A DNA stretch of 64,000 nt from positions 247,034 through 311,033 of the forward strand of contig JAHDQO010000006.1 in the NCBI GenBank assembly GCA_018433765.1, read 5' to 3'. The notes beneath the pieces are model-generated. The model was not told where the DNA came from. It did no database searches and worked only from the letters and a program-made list of their open reading frames with translations. Position 1 is the first letter of the stretch, and each line of letters starts with the position of its first letter. This document shows, piece by piece, positions 1 to 9,960 of the stretch. This DNA comes from Tissierellales bacterium. Its GTDB lineage: Bacteria; Bacillota; Clostridia; Tissierellales; Sedimentibacteraceae. The translations under genes were made by a program, and so were the position numbers.

Positions 1-993
1 AACCATGAGCAGGCTGAAATTATAAAGATGATTTTTGATTTATATGTCAATAAAGGTATGGGTGATACTAAAATATCTAAATACCTAGAAGAAAATAATA
101 TTCTTAATAAGAACGGTAAAGTTAAATGGGATAAAACGACTATAAGAAAAATAATTCAAAATCCTGTTTATATAGGTAAGGTTACTTGGGGAAAGAGAGA
201 ATATAAATATAATGAAAATGGTAAAAGATCATCTTCGTTTTTAGATAAAAGTGAGTGGAAAATATTCGAAGGTAAACATGAAGCTATTGTTGATGAAGAG
301 CTGTTTAAGAAAGCACAGTTATTAACTAAAGAAAGATATCAGCCTCATCTTAAAAAAGCTAGAGTTTTGAGAAATCCACTATCTTATTTTCTTAAATGCA
401 GCAGCTGCGGAGCAACTATGTCTATCAGGACATGTAAAGGTAAAAAAGATTCTATACGGTGTTATAAAGGGTGTGGAACTAAGAGCAGTTATTTGTATTT
501 AGTTGAAGATCGTTTGATAAAACTTTTATATAAAAGGCTAACAGAGTTAGAATACAATTTTACATATAATAAGTCTGAGTTTTCTAGTCATGAAATTAAT
601 GTTATTAATGATACTATAATTTGTAATGAAAAGGAACTGAAAAAAATCCTTAATCAAAAGGATAAATTATTTGATTTGCTTGAGCAGGGTATTTATGATA
701 ATTTGACTTTTCTTGAAAGGATGAATAAAATTTCTAACAGAATTGAAGCAGTAGAAAAAACTATATCGGAAGCTCGAAAGAAACAGGAACAGTTTTTTAT
801 TAATAAAGAGAATATTGAAAACAAAATACCTATGATTAAAAGTTTTAAAGATTATATTGATAATGTCTATTGGAACAATACTCCTGAAGAGAAAAATGTT
901 TTTCTTAGAGAAATAATTAAGTATGCAAATTATACTAAGTATCCTGATGCTGACATGGATGATTTTGAACTCCAGCTATTCCTTAAGATTTAG
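1..993 (+). CDS. Large serine recombinase, C-terminal portion (5' end lies outside the window)
   Basis: Reading frame is open from the window edge to the stop at 991-993. C-terminal recombinase/zinc-ribbon region with a Cys cluster (CSSCGATMSIRTCKGKKDSIRCYKGCG) followed by coiled-coil-like sequence, as in large serine recombinases (SpoIVCA/TnpX type). Confidence 0.7.
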   Translation, partial: NHEQAEIIKMIFDLYVNKGMGDTKISKYLEENNILNKNGKVKWDKTTIRKIIQNPVYIGKVTWGKREYKYNENGKRSSSFLDKSEWKIFEGKHEAIVDEELFKKAQLLTKERYQPHLKKARVLRNPLSYFLKCSSCGATMSIRTCKGKKDSIRCYKGCGTKSSYLYLVEDRLIKLLYKRLTELEYNFTYNKSEFSSHEINVINDTIICNEKELKKILNQKDKLFDLLEQGIYDNLTFLERMNKISNRIEAVEKTISEARKKQEQFFINKENIENKIPMIKSFKDYIDNVYWNNTPEEKNVFLREIIKYANYTKYPDADMDDFELQLFLKI

Positions 994-999
994 CGGTTT

Positions 1000-1404
1000 T
1001 TGTTATGGTGGTATGATGTAGCTGTCATTGGAATGAGAGCTGTTGCTACAGTTGTTATGAATAGAGTAAGAGTACCTAACGGTGAATATCATCGAGTTGG
1101 CCAAGGAGATATAAGAAAGGTAATTTATCAGCCGGGTCAATTTGACTGTGTTATGAGTGTAATTGGCGGACAGCCAAATTATCAAACAATTTGGAGCAAT
1201 CCTCCTGACCAAGTTCATTATGATATTGCTGATTGGGCTTTAGCAGGTAACAGGCTGTACAATATTGGAAACAGTTTATGGTATTTCAATCCCTTTAGAC
1301 CTGATTGTCCGCCCGAATTTCCACCTAATGGTTCAGGTTATTTCCTTGTGCGACTTAGAGAACACTGTTTTTACAATCCTACAGCATTATATCCTCAAAC
1401 ATAA
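1000..1404 (+). CDS. CwlJ/SleB-family spore cortex-lytic hydrolase domain (Hydrolase_2), apparently lacking its N-terminal ~25 aa; in frame with and immediately after the recombinase stop
   Basis: Motifs VVMNRV, IYQPGQF, LWYFNP and HCFYNPT match CwlJ/SleB catalytic domains. No ATG is present, and the conserved N-terminal ARxxxxEA(R/E)GE segment is missing. The ORF begins 7 nt after the recombinase stop. Confidence 0.6.
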   Translation: MLWWYDVAVIGMRAVATVVMNRVRVPNGEYHRVGQGDIRKVIYQPGQFDCVMSVIGGQPNYQTIWSNPPDQVHYDIADWALAGNRLYNIGNSLWYFNPFRPDCPPEFPPNGSGYFLVRLREHCFYNPTALYPQT

Positions 1405-1443
1405 AAAAGAAATTTAGCTAAATGTTAAATGGAAGGTGATTTT

Positions 1444-1818
1444 ATGAAAATATTTAAAATGTTAGATGATAATAATTTATACCCAATGTCTTATAACAAT
1501 GCTCTTTCTGATATTCCTATTAGTCGTCCTCCTTGTAATCAGCCAATTGTTACTGATGATCCAAATTATTTACAAGGATATTTGAACAGTCTTATTGATA
1601 AATTTATAAAAGTAGAATTTCTTATAGGAACAAATTTATTTATTGATAAGGAAGGTATACTTAAACAAGTAGGTGTTGACTATATTGTTTTAGAAGAAAC
1701 TCAAACTGGAAATAATATAATAGCTGATTTGTATTCAATAAAATTTGTAGATGTACCTGAATCACCAGATATGTTTACTTTTAATCCAAATAGTTATAGA
1801 AGTCTTTATGAGAGGTGA
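1444..1818 (+). CDS. Small sporulation-associated protein, possibly GerQ/YwdL-like (paralog 1)
   Basis: RBS GGAAGGTGA precedes the ATG. The gene sits downstream of the cwlJ-like gene, as gerQ does in Bacillus. Conserved C-terminal block VG(V/I)DY(I/V)(V/I)LEE..TGN.I(I/V).D(L/M)YSIKFVDV. Confidence 0.4.
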   Translation: MKIFKMLDDNNLYPMSYNNALSDIPISRPPCNQPIVTDDPNYLQGYLNSLIDKFIKVEFLIGTNLFIDKEGILKQVGVDYIVLEETQTGNNIIADLYSIKFVDVPESPDMFTFNPNSYRSLYER

Positions 1819-1823
1819 TTTTA

Positions 1824-2134
1824 TGAGAATTTTTGATATAAACCAAAATTATTATCCAGAATCAAATTACAATGCACTCTCAGATACTCCTAATAGTTAT
1901 CCTCCTTGCAATCAACCAATAGTTACTGATGATCCAAATTATTTACAAGGATATTTAAATACTATAATTGGCAGTTATATAAAAGTTTCATATCTTCTTG
2001 GAACAAACTTATTTCTAGATAAGCAAGGAATACTTAAGGAAGTTGGTATTGATTATGTTATTTTAGAAGAACCTCAAACTGGAAATCAAATAGTTAGCGA
2101 TATGTATTCAATAAAGTTTGTAGATGTATATTAA
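1824..2134 (+). CDS. Tandem paralog of the preceding small protein (paralog 2)
   Basis: About 65% identical to the 1444-1818 product with the same RBS context (GAGAGGTGA + ATG). The 5' part of the track ORF overlaps paralog 1, so the true start is taken as the ATG at 1824. Confidence 0.4.
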
Positions 2135-2140
2135 GAAAAC

Positions 2141-2176
2141 AGGGTAACCTCTTTTAGGATTACCCTGCTTTTTTAT
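2141..2176. terminator. Rho-independent terminator, probably bidirectional
   Basis: Hairpin cagggtaacctcttttaggattaccctg followed by TTTTTTAT, lying between convergent genes. Confidence 0.6.
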
Positions 2177-2185
2177 AATTTTTTA

Positions 2186-3352
2186 TTATTTTGAAATACC
2201 AGTTTCTTTAGCAGCTTTTTTTACTGCTTCAGCAACTCTTAAAGATACATCTTTATTTAGTGCTTTTGGTATAATACAATCTACTGAAAGTTCTTGTTCT
2301 GATACTGTATTTGCTATTGCGTATGCAGCTGCCATTTTCATTTCTTCGTTTATATCTGACGCTCTTACATCTAAAGCTCCTCTAAATATACCAGGAAATG
2401 CAAGAACATTATTTATTTGATTTGGAAAATCAGATCTTCCTGTACCTACTATATATGCTCCTCCTGCTTTTGCTTCTTCAGGCATTATTTCAGGTGTTGG
2501 ATTTGCCATTGGAAAAACTATCGGTTTCTCACTCATTGAAGCTATCATTTCTTTTGATACTATATTAGGTGCTGACACACCAATAAATATATCTTTGTTT
2601 TTTAATGCGTCTGTTAGTGCTCCAGTCTCATTATATATATTTGTTATTTGTGCCATTTCTTTTTTGCTATTATTTAGCTCTCGATTTTTATTGATTATTC
2701 CTTTTCTATCACAAATCACAATGTTTTTTATTCCCATTTTTAATAATAGTTTAGCTATTGCCATTCCTGCTGCACCTGCACCATTAATTACTGCTTCTAC
2801 TTCTTCTATTCTTTTACCTGCTACTTTTAGAGCATTTATTATTGCTGCTGCAGTTACTACTGCTGTCCCATGCTGATCATCATGAAATATTGGGATATTC
2901 ATTTCTTTTTTTAATCTTTCTTCTATTTCAAAGCATCTTGGTGCAGCAATGTCTTCAAGATTAATACCTCCAAAAACAGGTTCTAATATTTTAACTGTTC
3001 TTACTATTTCATCTACATCTTTTGAATCTATACATATTGGAAAAGCGTCAACATCTCCAAATGTTTTAAACAGCACAGCTTTTCCTTCCATAACAGGAAG
3101 AGCTGCATGTGCACCTATATCTCCTAAGCCTAATACAGCTGTTCCATCTGTTACTACAGCTACCATATTTGATTTTGAAGTATATTCATATACCTTATTT
3201 ATATCTTTATGAATTTCTCTACACGGCTGAGCAACACCTGGAGTGTAAGCTATTGATAAATCATCCTTAGTTTCTACTTTCACTTTACTTTTTACTTCTA
3301 TTTTTCCTTTATATTTTTTGTGCATTTCTAAAGCAAGTTTGTTGTAATCCAT
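2186..3352 (-). CDS. Malic enzyme family protein, probably a CitM-type soluble oxaloacetate decarboxylase
   Basis: Malic enzyme N-terminal and NAD-binding domains are present. Start is taken at MDYNKL, which has the RBS GGAGGAA. Last gene of the citrate lyase operon, as citM is in Lactococcus and Enterococcus. Confidence 0.8.
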   Translation of the reverse strand: MDYNKLALEMHKKYKGKIEVKSKVKVETKDDLSIAYTPGVAQPCREIHKDINKVYEYTSKSNMVAVVTDGTAVLGLGDIGAHAALPVMEGKAVLFKTFGDVDAFPICIDSKDVDEIVRTVKILEPVFGGINLEDIAAPRCFEIEERLKKEMNIPIFHDDQHGTAVVTAAAIINALKVAGKRIEEVEAVINGAGAAGMAIAKLLLKMGIKNIVICDRKGIINKNRELNNSKKEMAQITNIYNETGALTDALKNKDIFIGVSAPNIVSKEMIASMSEKPIVFPMANPTPEIMPEEAKAGGAYIVGTGRSDFPNQINNVLAFPGIFRGALDVRASDINEEMKMAAAYAIANTVSEQELSVDCIIPKALNKDVSLRVAEAVKKAAKETGISK

Positions 3353-4232
3353 AATAATTTCCTCCACTATTTAGTATTTTACTATTTTCTAAAAAATATA
3401 TCATAATAACTGCAGCAAGCATATCTGCGCAACCACCAGGACTTATATTTTTTTCATTAAATTCTTTATTCATCTTTAAAATAAAATTCATACCTTGTTG
3501 AGTTGTAACATTTCCTAACATCAGAGCTTTGTTAGCCATTTTTTTTAAATATTCTGAACCTTCTAATCCTCTGCGCCATAATACATTTGTATCATCTACT
3601 TCAGCCATAAGTTCAATCAAAACTCCTATTAAAGCATTGTTAAACCCTATACCATTTGATAGATATTCTTTAAATTTAACATACCCCAAATTACATATTG
3701 ATGGTATTCCTTCTTCTACTTCTCCTCTTATTCCTTTTTTACCGTATTTTTTATAAATAACCTCTCCATGAGAAAGTTTGTTACCCTTTATAGTTTTTAA
3801 TTCTTTATTGACTATATCCTTAGTAAATATCTTTATTTGTTTTGAAATTTTTTCACTGCTTATTGTTTCTCTTTGGGAAACAAGTATCCCTGCGGATGCA
3901 ACTATAAAACCTAATAAAAAAAGCTGTCCTTTATGTGTATTTATGCCCTTTGTTGCTTTAAACATTTTTTTTTCACCTTTTATACCAATATTTCTTAACT
4001 GGCTAAGTATTTCATGAGGCGGTTTTTCATTATTCAAATAACCAATTTCAAAGCATTTAACAAAAGTAGAATTTAGTGCTATAGAACTGTCTATAAATGT
4101 TTTTATGTTCATATCTTTGTGAGCTCCGCTATCGATTTTATCAACAAGACCAGGTTTTGGTGAAACATATACTTCAAGTATTTGAGAAATTAATGATATT
4201 TTTTTTATTTCTTCTTTATATAACTCTAGCAT
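3309..4232 (-). CDS. citG: Triphosphoribosyl-dephospho-CoA synthase
   Basis: CitG/MdcB family similarity, in the context of a citrate lyase operon. Confidence 0.8.
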   Translation of the reverse strand: MLELYKEEIKKISLISQILEVYVSPKPGLVDKIDSGAHKDMNIKTFIDSSIALNSTFVKCFEIGYLNNEKPPHEILSQLRNIGIKGEKKMFKATKGINTHKGQLFLLGFIVASAGILVSQRETISSEKISKQIKIFTKDIVNKELKTIKGNKLSHGEVIYKKYGKKGIRGEVEEGIPSICNLGYVKFKEYLSNGIGFNNALIGVLIELMAEVDDTNVLWRRGLEGSEYLKKMANKALMLGNVTTQQGMNFILKMNKEFNEKNISPGGCADMLAAVIMIYFLENSKILNSGGNYYGLQQTCFRNAQKI

Positions 4233-4746
4233 TTTTCACCTCAAAATATTCAGATATTATGCTGTATATTTTTTTTAGTATTTGTTCTTGTCTATGTGTT
4301 TTATTAACTGTGCAGTAATGAGCTGTGTTGTTGCACAAATAGCATTTTCTAGTTTTGAAACCAACTTCTTGTCTGCTAATATTTTTACAATCTATATTCA
4401 TAACATCTATATCAGCTATTCTTCCTAAGTCATTGTTTTCTTCAAATTTTACAGCTATTTGTTTTACAGATATTGGTGATATGTCTACTACCATATATGC
4501 TTCTGGTCCATCCCAAGTAACCTGTTTCTCATTGTACAAAATCTTAACATGCTTTGTTAATAGTATTTCTTTGAAGAGCTCATATATTTCTTTAAAAGTT
4601 CTTTCCAGTATTTTATCGTTCTTTTCTTTGCCTGGAATATTTAAAGTAATTGTTACTACTGGTTTATGGTACCTTTTAACTAAATTTATTCTTTTATTCC
4701 ATCTTTCTTCTCTAGCCCTCAATATTTTGCTTTGCATACTAATCAT
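4216..4746 (-). CDS. citX: Apo-citrate lyase phosphoribosyl-dephospho-CoA transferase (holo-ACP synthase)
   Basis: CitX family size and sequence, positioned between citF and citG. Confidence 0.75.
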   Translation of the reverse strand: MISMQSKILRAREERWNKRINLVKRYHKPVVTITLNIPGKEKNDKILERTFKEIYELFKEILLTKHVKILYNEKQVTWDGPEAYMVVDISPISVKQIAVKFEENNDLGRIADIDVMNIDCKNISRQEVGFKTRKCYLCNNTAHYCTVNKTHRQEQILKKIYSIISEYFEVKNARVI

Positions 4747-4762
4747 TCCTTATTGTTAGTAA

Positions 4763-6172
4763 CTAACGTTTATTTACTGCTTTTATTGTATCAATTATAT
4801 TTCCGTCTCTATAAATTACTTCACCTACTATTTTATGTGATAACCTTGCTCTTTTAGGTTTTCCTGTTATCTTTTGCGCTATGTTTTGCATTTCTTGTAT
4901 ATCTAATACTTTTAACCCTTCGTCTATAAGCTTGTTTTTTAATTCTTTTCTATTAGGATTTACTGCAATTCCTCTCTCTGTTACTAATACGTCTATTGTA
5001 TTACCCGGTGTTGATATAGTAGTTACTTTATCAACTATTATTGGTAATCTTGCTCTTATTAGTGGCGTTACAATTATACATAATTTTGATCCTGCTGCTG
5101 TGTCACTATGTCCTCCAGAACCTCCAATTATCATACCATTAGAATCTGTATGAACATTAACATTAAAATTAGTATCAATTTCTGTAGCTCCTAAAATTAC
5201 AATATCTAAATTATCTACTACACAACTTTTAGAGTTAGGATTTGCATAAAGTGAAGCTGATATTTCAATATGATTTGGATTTTCTTTTATAGATTTAACT
5301 GCATCAAGGTCAAAGCATTGTACATCCATTAATGTTTTAAAAAATCCTTCATTTAAAAAATCCACAAAGTATTTTGTTATGCCTCCCATTCCAAAGCTTC
5401 CTTGGATATTCTTTTCTAGCATAACTTTCTTCAAATAATAAGCTGCAGCTAATGAAGCTCCTCCTGCACCTGTTTGAAAAGAAAAGCCATTTTTTAATAA
5501 GCCTGACTTTTCTATTACACTTGCTGCATTCTTTGCTATTGTTAAACCTACAGGATCTCTAGTTATTTTTGTTGTACCTGATACTATTTTTGCTGAATCT
5601 CCAATTTTGCTAACTGGAACTACATAATCAACTTTAGTTTCATCTATTGAAATGTAAGGATTAGGATAATCAACTAGATAGTCTGTTACTGCTACTACAC
5701 TCTTAGCATGTTCAACATCTGAAAATGCATATCCTAATGAGCCGCAGGCTGATGAACCTAAAACTCCATTTATATTTCCCATTTTATCAGATGAAGGTGC
5801 TGCCACAAATGCAACATCAACTTTTATTTCTCCATCTTCCATAGCTTTTGGTCTGCCTCCATGGCTTCTAAACTTAACAGGTTGTTCCATCTCTCCAAGA
5901 CTTATAAATTCAGCAACAGAACCGCTCATATAATTTGTATCTATTGATGTAACTACACCTTTCTTGATGTATTCTATTAATGGTTCATGAATTGGAAATA
6001 CTGCACTTGGAGCAATTTTAATGTCTCTAAATCCGCATTCATCTAATTGAGAAATAACATTGTTAAGTACATAATCACCATTTCTCATATGATGATGAAA
6101 TGAAATAGTCATTCCATTTTTAAGTCCGCAAAGTTTAAATACTTCTTTAAACGTTTTTACTATCTTGCTCAT
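4763..6172 (-). CDS. citF: Citrate lyase alpha subunit (citrate CoA-transferase)
   Basis: CitF family similarity along the full length. Confidence 0.9.
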   Translation of the reverse strand: MSKIVKTFKEVFKLCGLKNGMTISFHHHMRNGDYVLNNVISQLDECGFRDIKIAPSAVFPIHEPLIEYIKKGVVTSIDTNYMSGSVAEFISLGEMEQPVKFRSHGGRPKAMEDGEIKVDVAFVAAPSSDKMGNINGVLGSSACGSLGYAFSDVEHAKSVVAVTDYLVDYPNPYISIDETKVDYVVPVSKIGDSAKIVSGTTKITRDPVGLTIAKNAASVIEKSGLLKNGFSFQTGAGGASLAAAYYLKKVMLEKNIQGSFGMGGITKYFVDFLNEGFFKTLMDVQCFDLDAVKSIKENPNHIEISASLYANPNSKSCVVDNLDIVILGATEIDTNFNVNVHTDSNGMIIGGSGGHSDTAAGSKLCIIVTPLIRARLPIIVDKVTTISTPGNTIDVLVTERGIAVNPNRKELKNKLIDEGLKVLDIQEMQNIAQKITGKPKRARLSHKIVGEVIYRDGNIIDTIKAVNKR

Positions 6173-7048
6173 TTACATTACTCCTCTGCTTTTATTCAAA
6201 ACCAATAATACTTTTCTTGCTCTATTTACTATTGGTGCATCAATCATTTTACCCTCTAATGAAACAACACCTTTTCCCTCTTCTTCAGCCTTTTCTATTG
6301 CATCTATAACTTTATGAGCGTAGATTATTTCTTCTTTGCTAGGCATAAAAATTTTATTTATAATATCTACATGACGAGGTGAAATAGATGCTTTTCCATC
6401 AAAACCAATTTCTTTTGCAAATATTGTATCTTTTACTAATCCTTCATCATCATCCACGTCTGTAAATGGCGTATCTATAGCTAATATTTTAGCAGCTTTT
6501 GCTGCAGTAACTACTCTTGACCTAGAATACAATATTTCTTTACCTTCCTTTGTTCTTTTTGCGCCTAAATCAGCTGTTAAATCTTCAGCACCTAAGAATA
6601 ATCCTTCTATTCTTTCACTTGATTTTGCAATCTGAAAAGCATTTTCTATTCCTAATGCAGTTTCTAATAAAGGCATTATTGTAATTTGCTTTTCAATATT
6701 GTACTTCTTTTCTAATTCTTCTATATATTTTTCAGCTTCTTTCACAGATTTAGGAGATTCAGTTTTTGGTAGTAATATCGAATTTATTTTACCTTTCATA
6801 ACTTCTTCTAGATCGTTTTTCCAATATTTTGTAGAAATATCGTTAATTCTAACAAACACTTCTGTATTTTCAAAATCTAATGTTTTTAATCCATTTCTCA
6901 CTAAAATTCTCGCTGCATCTTTTTGCTTTTCAGACACTGCATCTTCCAAATCAAAAATTACACAATCACTTCCAAATACAATACTATTCATTAACATACT
7001 GGGATTATTTCCTGGAATAAACAGCATTGTCCTCTTCAATGAAATCAT
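6173..7048 (-). CDS. citE: Citrate lyase beta subunit (citryl-CoA lyase)
   Basis: HpcH/CitE family; abuts citF and overlaps citD by 4 nt. Confidence 0.9.
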   Translation of the reverse strand: MISLKRTMLFIPGNNPSMLMNSIVFGSDCVIFDLEDAVSEKQKDAARILVRNGLKTLDFENTEVFVRINDISTKYWKNDLEEVMKGKINSILLPKTESPKSVKEAEKYIEELEKKYNIEKQITIMPLLETALGIENAFQIAKSSERIEGLFLGAEDLTADLGAKRTKEGKEILYSRSRVVTAAKAAKILAIDTPFTDVDDDEGLVKDTIFAKEIGFDGKASISPRHVDIINKIFMPSKEEIIYAHKVIDAIEKAEEEGKGVVSLEGKMIDAPIVNRARKVLLVLNKSRGVM

Positions 7049-7317
7049 AGTATTTCTCCTTTTCCTCTTATTATTGCAGCTTCCATTCTCGCTTTAATAG
7101 TACACTCTAGTGCACCTCTGTCATTAACTTTTATCTTTGCTTGTTTAACTTCTAATTCGTCACAAACATCTTGTACAGCTTTTTTTATTTCTTCATTAAA
7201 TTGATCATACACTATACTTTCTATAATTATTTCTAATTTGTTTTCAAGTGGTTCTATAGTAATCATTACATCATTAGATTCAAGAGAACCTACTATTGCA
7301 ATATTTTTTATTTTCAA
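7045..7317 (-). CDS. citD: Citrate lyase acyl carrier protein (gamma subunit)
   Basis: 90 aa with a CitD-like sequence. Confidence 0.85.
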   Translation of the reverse strand: MKIKNIAIVGSLESNDVMITIEPLENKLEIIIESIVYDQFNEEIKKAVQDVCDELEVKQAKIKVNDRGALECTIKARMEAAIIRGKGEIL

Positions 7318-7370
7318 AACTCATTCTCCTTTCAAAGAATTTATTTCACTCTTAACTTTTAATCTAGTTT

Positions 7371-8384
7371 CTAGTGTCTTGATTTATTTTTTCTAACTCT
7401 TTCAATTACATGATAAGCTTCTTCTGAAACTAGATACTCAAAAGTTTTTGATGGTACATATTTTTTCGTTTCTGCAATTTTATTATCTCTTATAAGCTGT
7501 CTAACTTTTGAAGCACTTACAGCTATTCCATCTATATTAAATCGTTCTACTTCTACTACATCTACTCCACCTTTAGGTAGTACTTTCTTCATAATCTTAT
7601 TGTATATAGATGTTACTTGACAATATGGTTCTTTGCCTACATAACGTTTCTTTATACTTAAAGCATTTGCTATATGATTTAAAAATATGTTTAAATCTAG
7701 CCTAGCATATAACTCAATATGTTCGCATTCTTTTGTAAAATAAGATGGAAATACTAAAGATGATATTACATATTTTCCTCCTTTAATTACATCTACATTG
7801 CTTAGATGTTTGGTATTCTCTTTAACTAAGTTATATCTTATTTCAAAAGGAAATGAAGATAAGTCTTCTTCAAGTATTATTACGAATACATGTTCATTTT
7901 CTTTTGCTGCCTTTTCTATTAAGTTCAAATGTCCAAGAGTAAATGGATTGCAATTCATTACTATGCATACATTGCTTTTATTGTTTACATATTTTTCTAG
8001 TAAATTGATTTTAAATTCTTCTATTCCATATTCTGCTTTTTCAAGTAAAGAAACTCTGTATTTTACTTGTGCTATTTCTTTGAAGCCAAGATGTACAAAG
8101 TTTTTCTTTTCACTGTATTTTGTATAAACAAAAATATTCTTTTTATTATCTTCACTGCATTTTATTAATAGATTAGATATGATTTTTGCCATTATTCCTA
8201 AGCCTTGATAATCTTCTCTTACTCCTATTCCTTTGAGTATGTCACCAGATATAGAGCCAGTTCCTATCATATTATTGCCATCAAAAATACCTACAGTATA
8301 GTCAACTCCTTTTGGTATTTTCAAATCTAGTTCTTTTAATAATTTTTCTGATTCTTTTATATTAATTTGTTTTTCGTAATACAT
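7371..8384 (-). CDS. citC: [Citrate (pro-3S)-lyase] ligase
   Basis: N-terminal GNAT-like domain plus a nucleotidyltransferase domain (CNPFTLGHLNLIE). The exact start is uncertain (8384 or 8417). Confidence 0.8.
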   Translation of the reverse strand: MYYEKQINIKESEKLLKELDLKIPKGVDYTVGIFDGNNMIGTGSISGDILKGIGVREDYQGLGIMAKIISNLLIKCSEDNKKNIFVYTKYSEKKNFVHLGFKEIAQVKYRVSLLEKAEYGIEEFKINLLEKYVNNKSNVCIVMNCNPFTLGHLNLIEKAAKENEHVFVIILEEDLSSFPFEIRYNLVKENTKHLSNVDVIKGGKYVISSLVFPSYFTKECEHIELYARLDLNIFLNHIANALSIKKRYVGKEPYCQVTSIYNKIMKKVLPKGGVDVVEVERFNIDGIAVSASKVRQLIRDNKIAETKKYVPSKTFEYLVSEEAYHVIERVRKNKSRH

Positions 8385-8531
8385 AATTTTTAACCACAAA
8401 ATTACACTGAATAACACTGAACTGTCAGTGGTTGTTCCTCCATTCTTATTAATATTTAGCAGTAATTTTAAATATCAATTAAGTTTAATTTAAGCAGGAG
8501 ATAGATAAACTATCTTCTGCTCAAATATTAT

Positions 8532-9815
8532 TTAAAGGAATAAATTTAACAATGCTGTAGCCAATAGAATCATGAATGCTCCACCAAGTCTAGATGAAAT
8601 TTGTGCGAAAGGCATAAGTTCCATTCTATTTGCTGCTGAAAGAACCGCTACGTCACCTGTTCCTCCCATATTAGCCATACATAATCCTCCGGTAATCGCT
8701 GACTCTATAGGATAAAAACCTAACAATTTACCTACAAATCCTGAACCAATTATTGAACCTATTACTGTTACAAATACAAGAATAATGTATTGAACAGTTA
8801 ACGCATCAGCAAGCTGTCCAAGATTTATATATACAATTCCTATTCCAACTAACAATGCTGGTGTAAAATTAGCTGCTACAAATCTATACCATTGATGACA
8901 TCCTTGCTCATATTTTTCAGGAATTAAATTCATACCTTTTGCTATTGCAACTGATATAATCATTAGAGCATATCTGTGTATTGGAATAAATTCAGATAAA
9001 ATGTTACCAAATATATAAAAAGTACAAGAAAATACAATTCCTATTCCCATAGTTTTATAATCAATACCAGATTTATTTTCTTTTATTTCAAAACTATCAT
9101 CTTTATTAATTAATAATTCTCCATTACCTGTTAAGCTAGGTCTTTTTTTACCCAATTTGTTAAGAAGTCCACCGCATACTATTGCAAATGCATTACCTAA
9201 AGCTAGTGCCGGCACTACTATTGTTAATATGTTCCCTGGGTCTTCACCTAACACTTGACCATATATGTCTGACAAAGGTAATGCGCCAGCTCCCATTCCG
9301 CCTCCCATGATTGGTATTCCTATATATAATATTGCTTCTTTAAAACCGTAACCAATGATTAATCCAACTACTCCTACTAATGCCAATGCCGTTATAACTC
9401 CACCTAGTATAATTGGAAGATATTTTACAAATGCTTTTATTAAAAGAGCTCTACTCATGCCTAATATACTACCGCATATTAAAGCTGCTATATAAAAGTT
9501 TAAGAATTGTCCACCTTTCATAAATTCTGTAATTCCCGATACTGTTCCTTCAGGAAGAATATTATAAAATGCTAATATTGCTGAACCAAATATTGCTACA
9601 ATTGCTCCTCCACCAAAATAATCTTTAATAATTGGTGTTTTGTTTCCAACTAAATCTAAAATTGCTCCTATTACCATCATTGTTGCTAACTCTATTAATC
9701 CAGCTGGCAGGGCATCCATATACATTGCTGTAAATATTACCAATGAAATAAAAAGAAAATACGGCCACGTAATACCCATAATTTTAAAAGTATCTTTTTC
9801 TGTTTTAGTAGTCAT
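8532..9815 (-). CDS. 2-hydroxycarboxylate transporter (2HCT) family citrate/malate carrier
   Basis: Polytopic membrane protein with CitS/CimH/MleP-like sequence, next to the citrate lyase genes. Confidence 0.8.
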   Translation of the reverse strand: MTTKTEKDTFKIMGITWPYFLFISLVIFTAMYMDALPAGLIELATMMVIGAILDLVGNKTPIIKDYFGGGAIVAIFGSAILAFYNILPEGTVSGITEFMKGGQFLNFYIAALICGSILGMSRALLIKAFVKYLPIILGGVITALALVGVVGLIIGYGFKEAILYIGIPIMGGGMGAGALPLSDIYGQVLGEDPGNILTIVVPALALGNAFAIVCGGLLNKLGKKRPSLTGNGELLINKDDSFEIKENKSGIDYKTMGIGIVFSCTFYIFGNILSEFIPIHRYALMIISVAIAKGMNLIPEKYEQGCHQWYRFVAANFTPALLVGIGIVYINLGQLADALTVQYIILVFVTVIGSIIGSGFVGKLLGFYPIESAITGGLCMANMGGTGDVAVLSAANRMELMPFAQISSRLGGAFMILLATALLNLFL

Positions 9816-9867
9816 GAAAATCCTCCTCTAATTTTAATTTCATGAATACGTTATCACATTTTTAGAT

Positions 9868-9906
9868 AAAAAAAATGTTTAGAAATTAACCTAAACATTT
9901 TTTAAA
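9868..9906. terminator. Hairpin with flanking A/T runs downstream of the response regulator gene
   Basis: aaatgtttag-n9-ctaaacattt with poly-T and poly-A on the two sides. Confidence 0.45.
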
Positions 9907-9960
9907 TATATTAAATAAAATAAATATTTCAAGAGTTTATTAAATAAAAAAATGAAATTC

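Noticed and set aside
1000-1002. TTG start codon proposed by the ORF track for the CwlJ-like ORF (MLWWYD...)
   Set aside because: There is no RBS, and the conserved N-terminal part of the domain is missing. The ORF looks like a truncated 3' gene segment rather than a gene initiating here, so the start call is treated as an artefact.
1003-1218. 71-aa minus-strand ORF
   Set aside because: It is antisense to the CwlJ/SleB-like domain, which has clear family motifs.
2595-3212. Plus-strand ORFs (93 and 87 aa) inside the malic enzyme gene
   Set aside because: They are antisense to a strongly supported CDS, have no RBS, and are compositionally biased.
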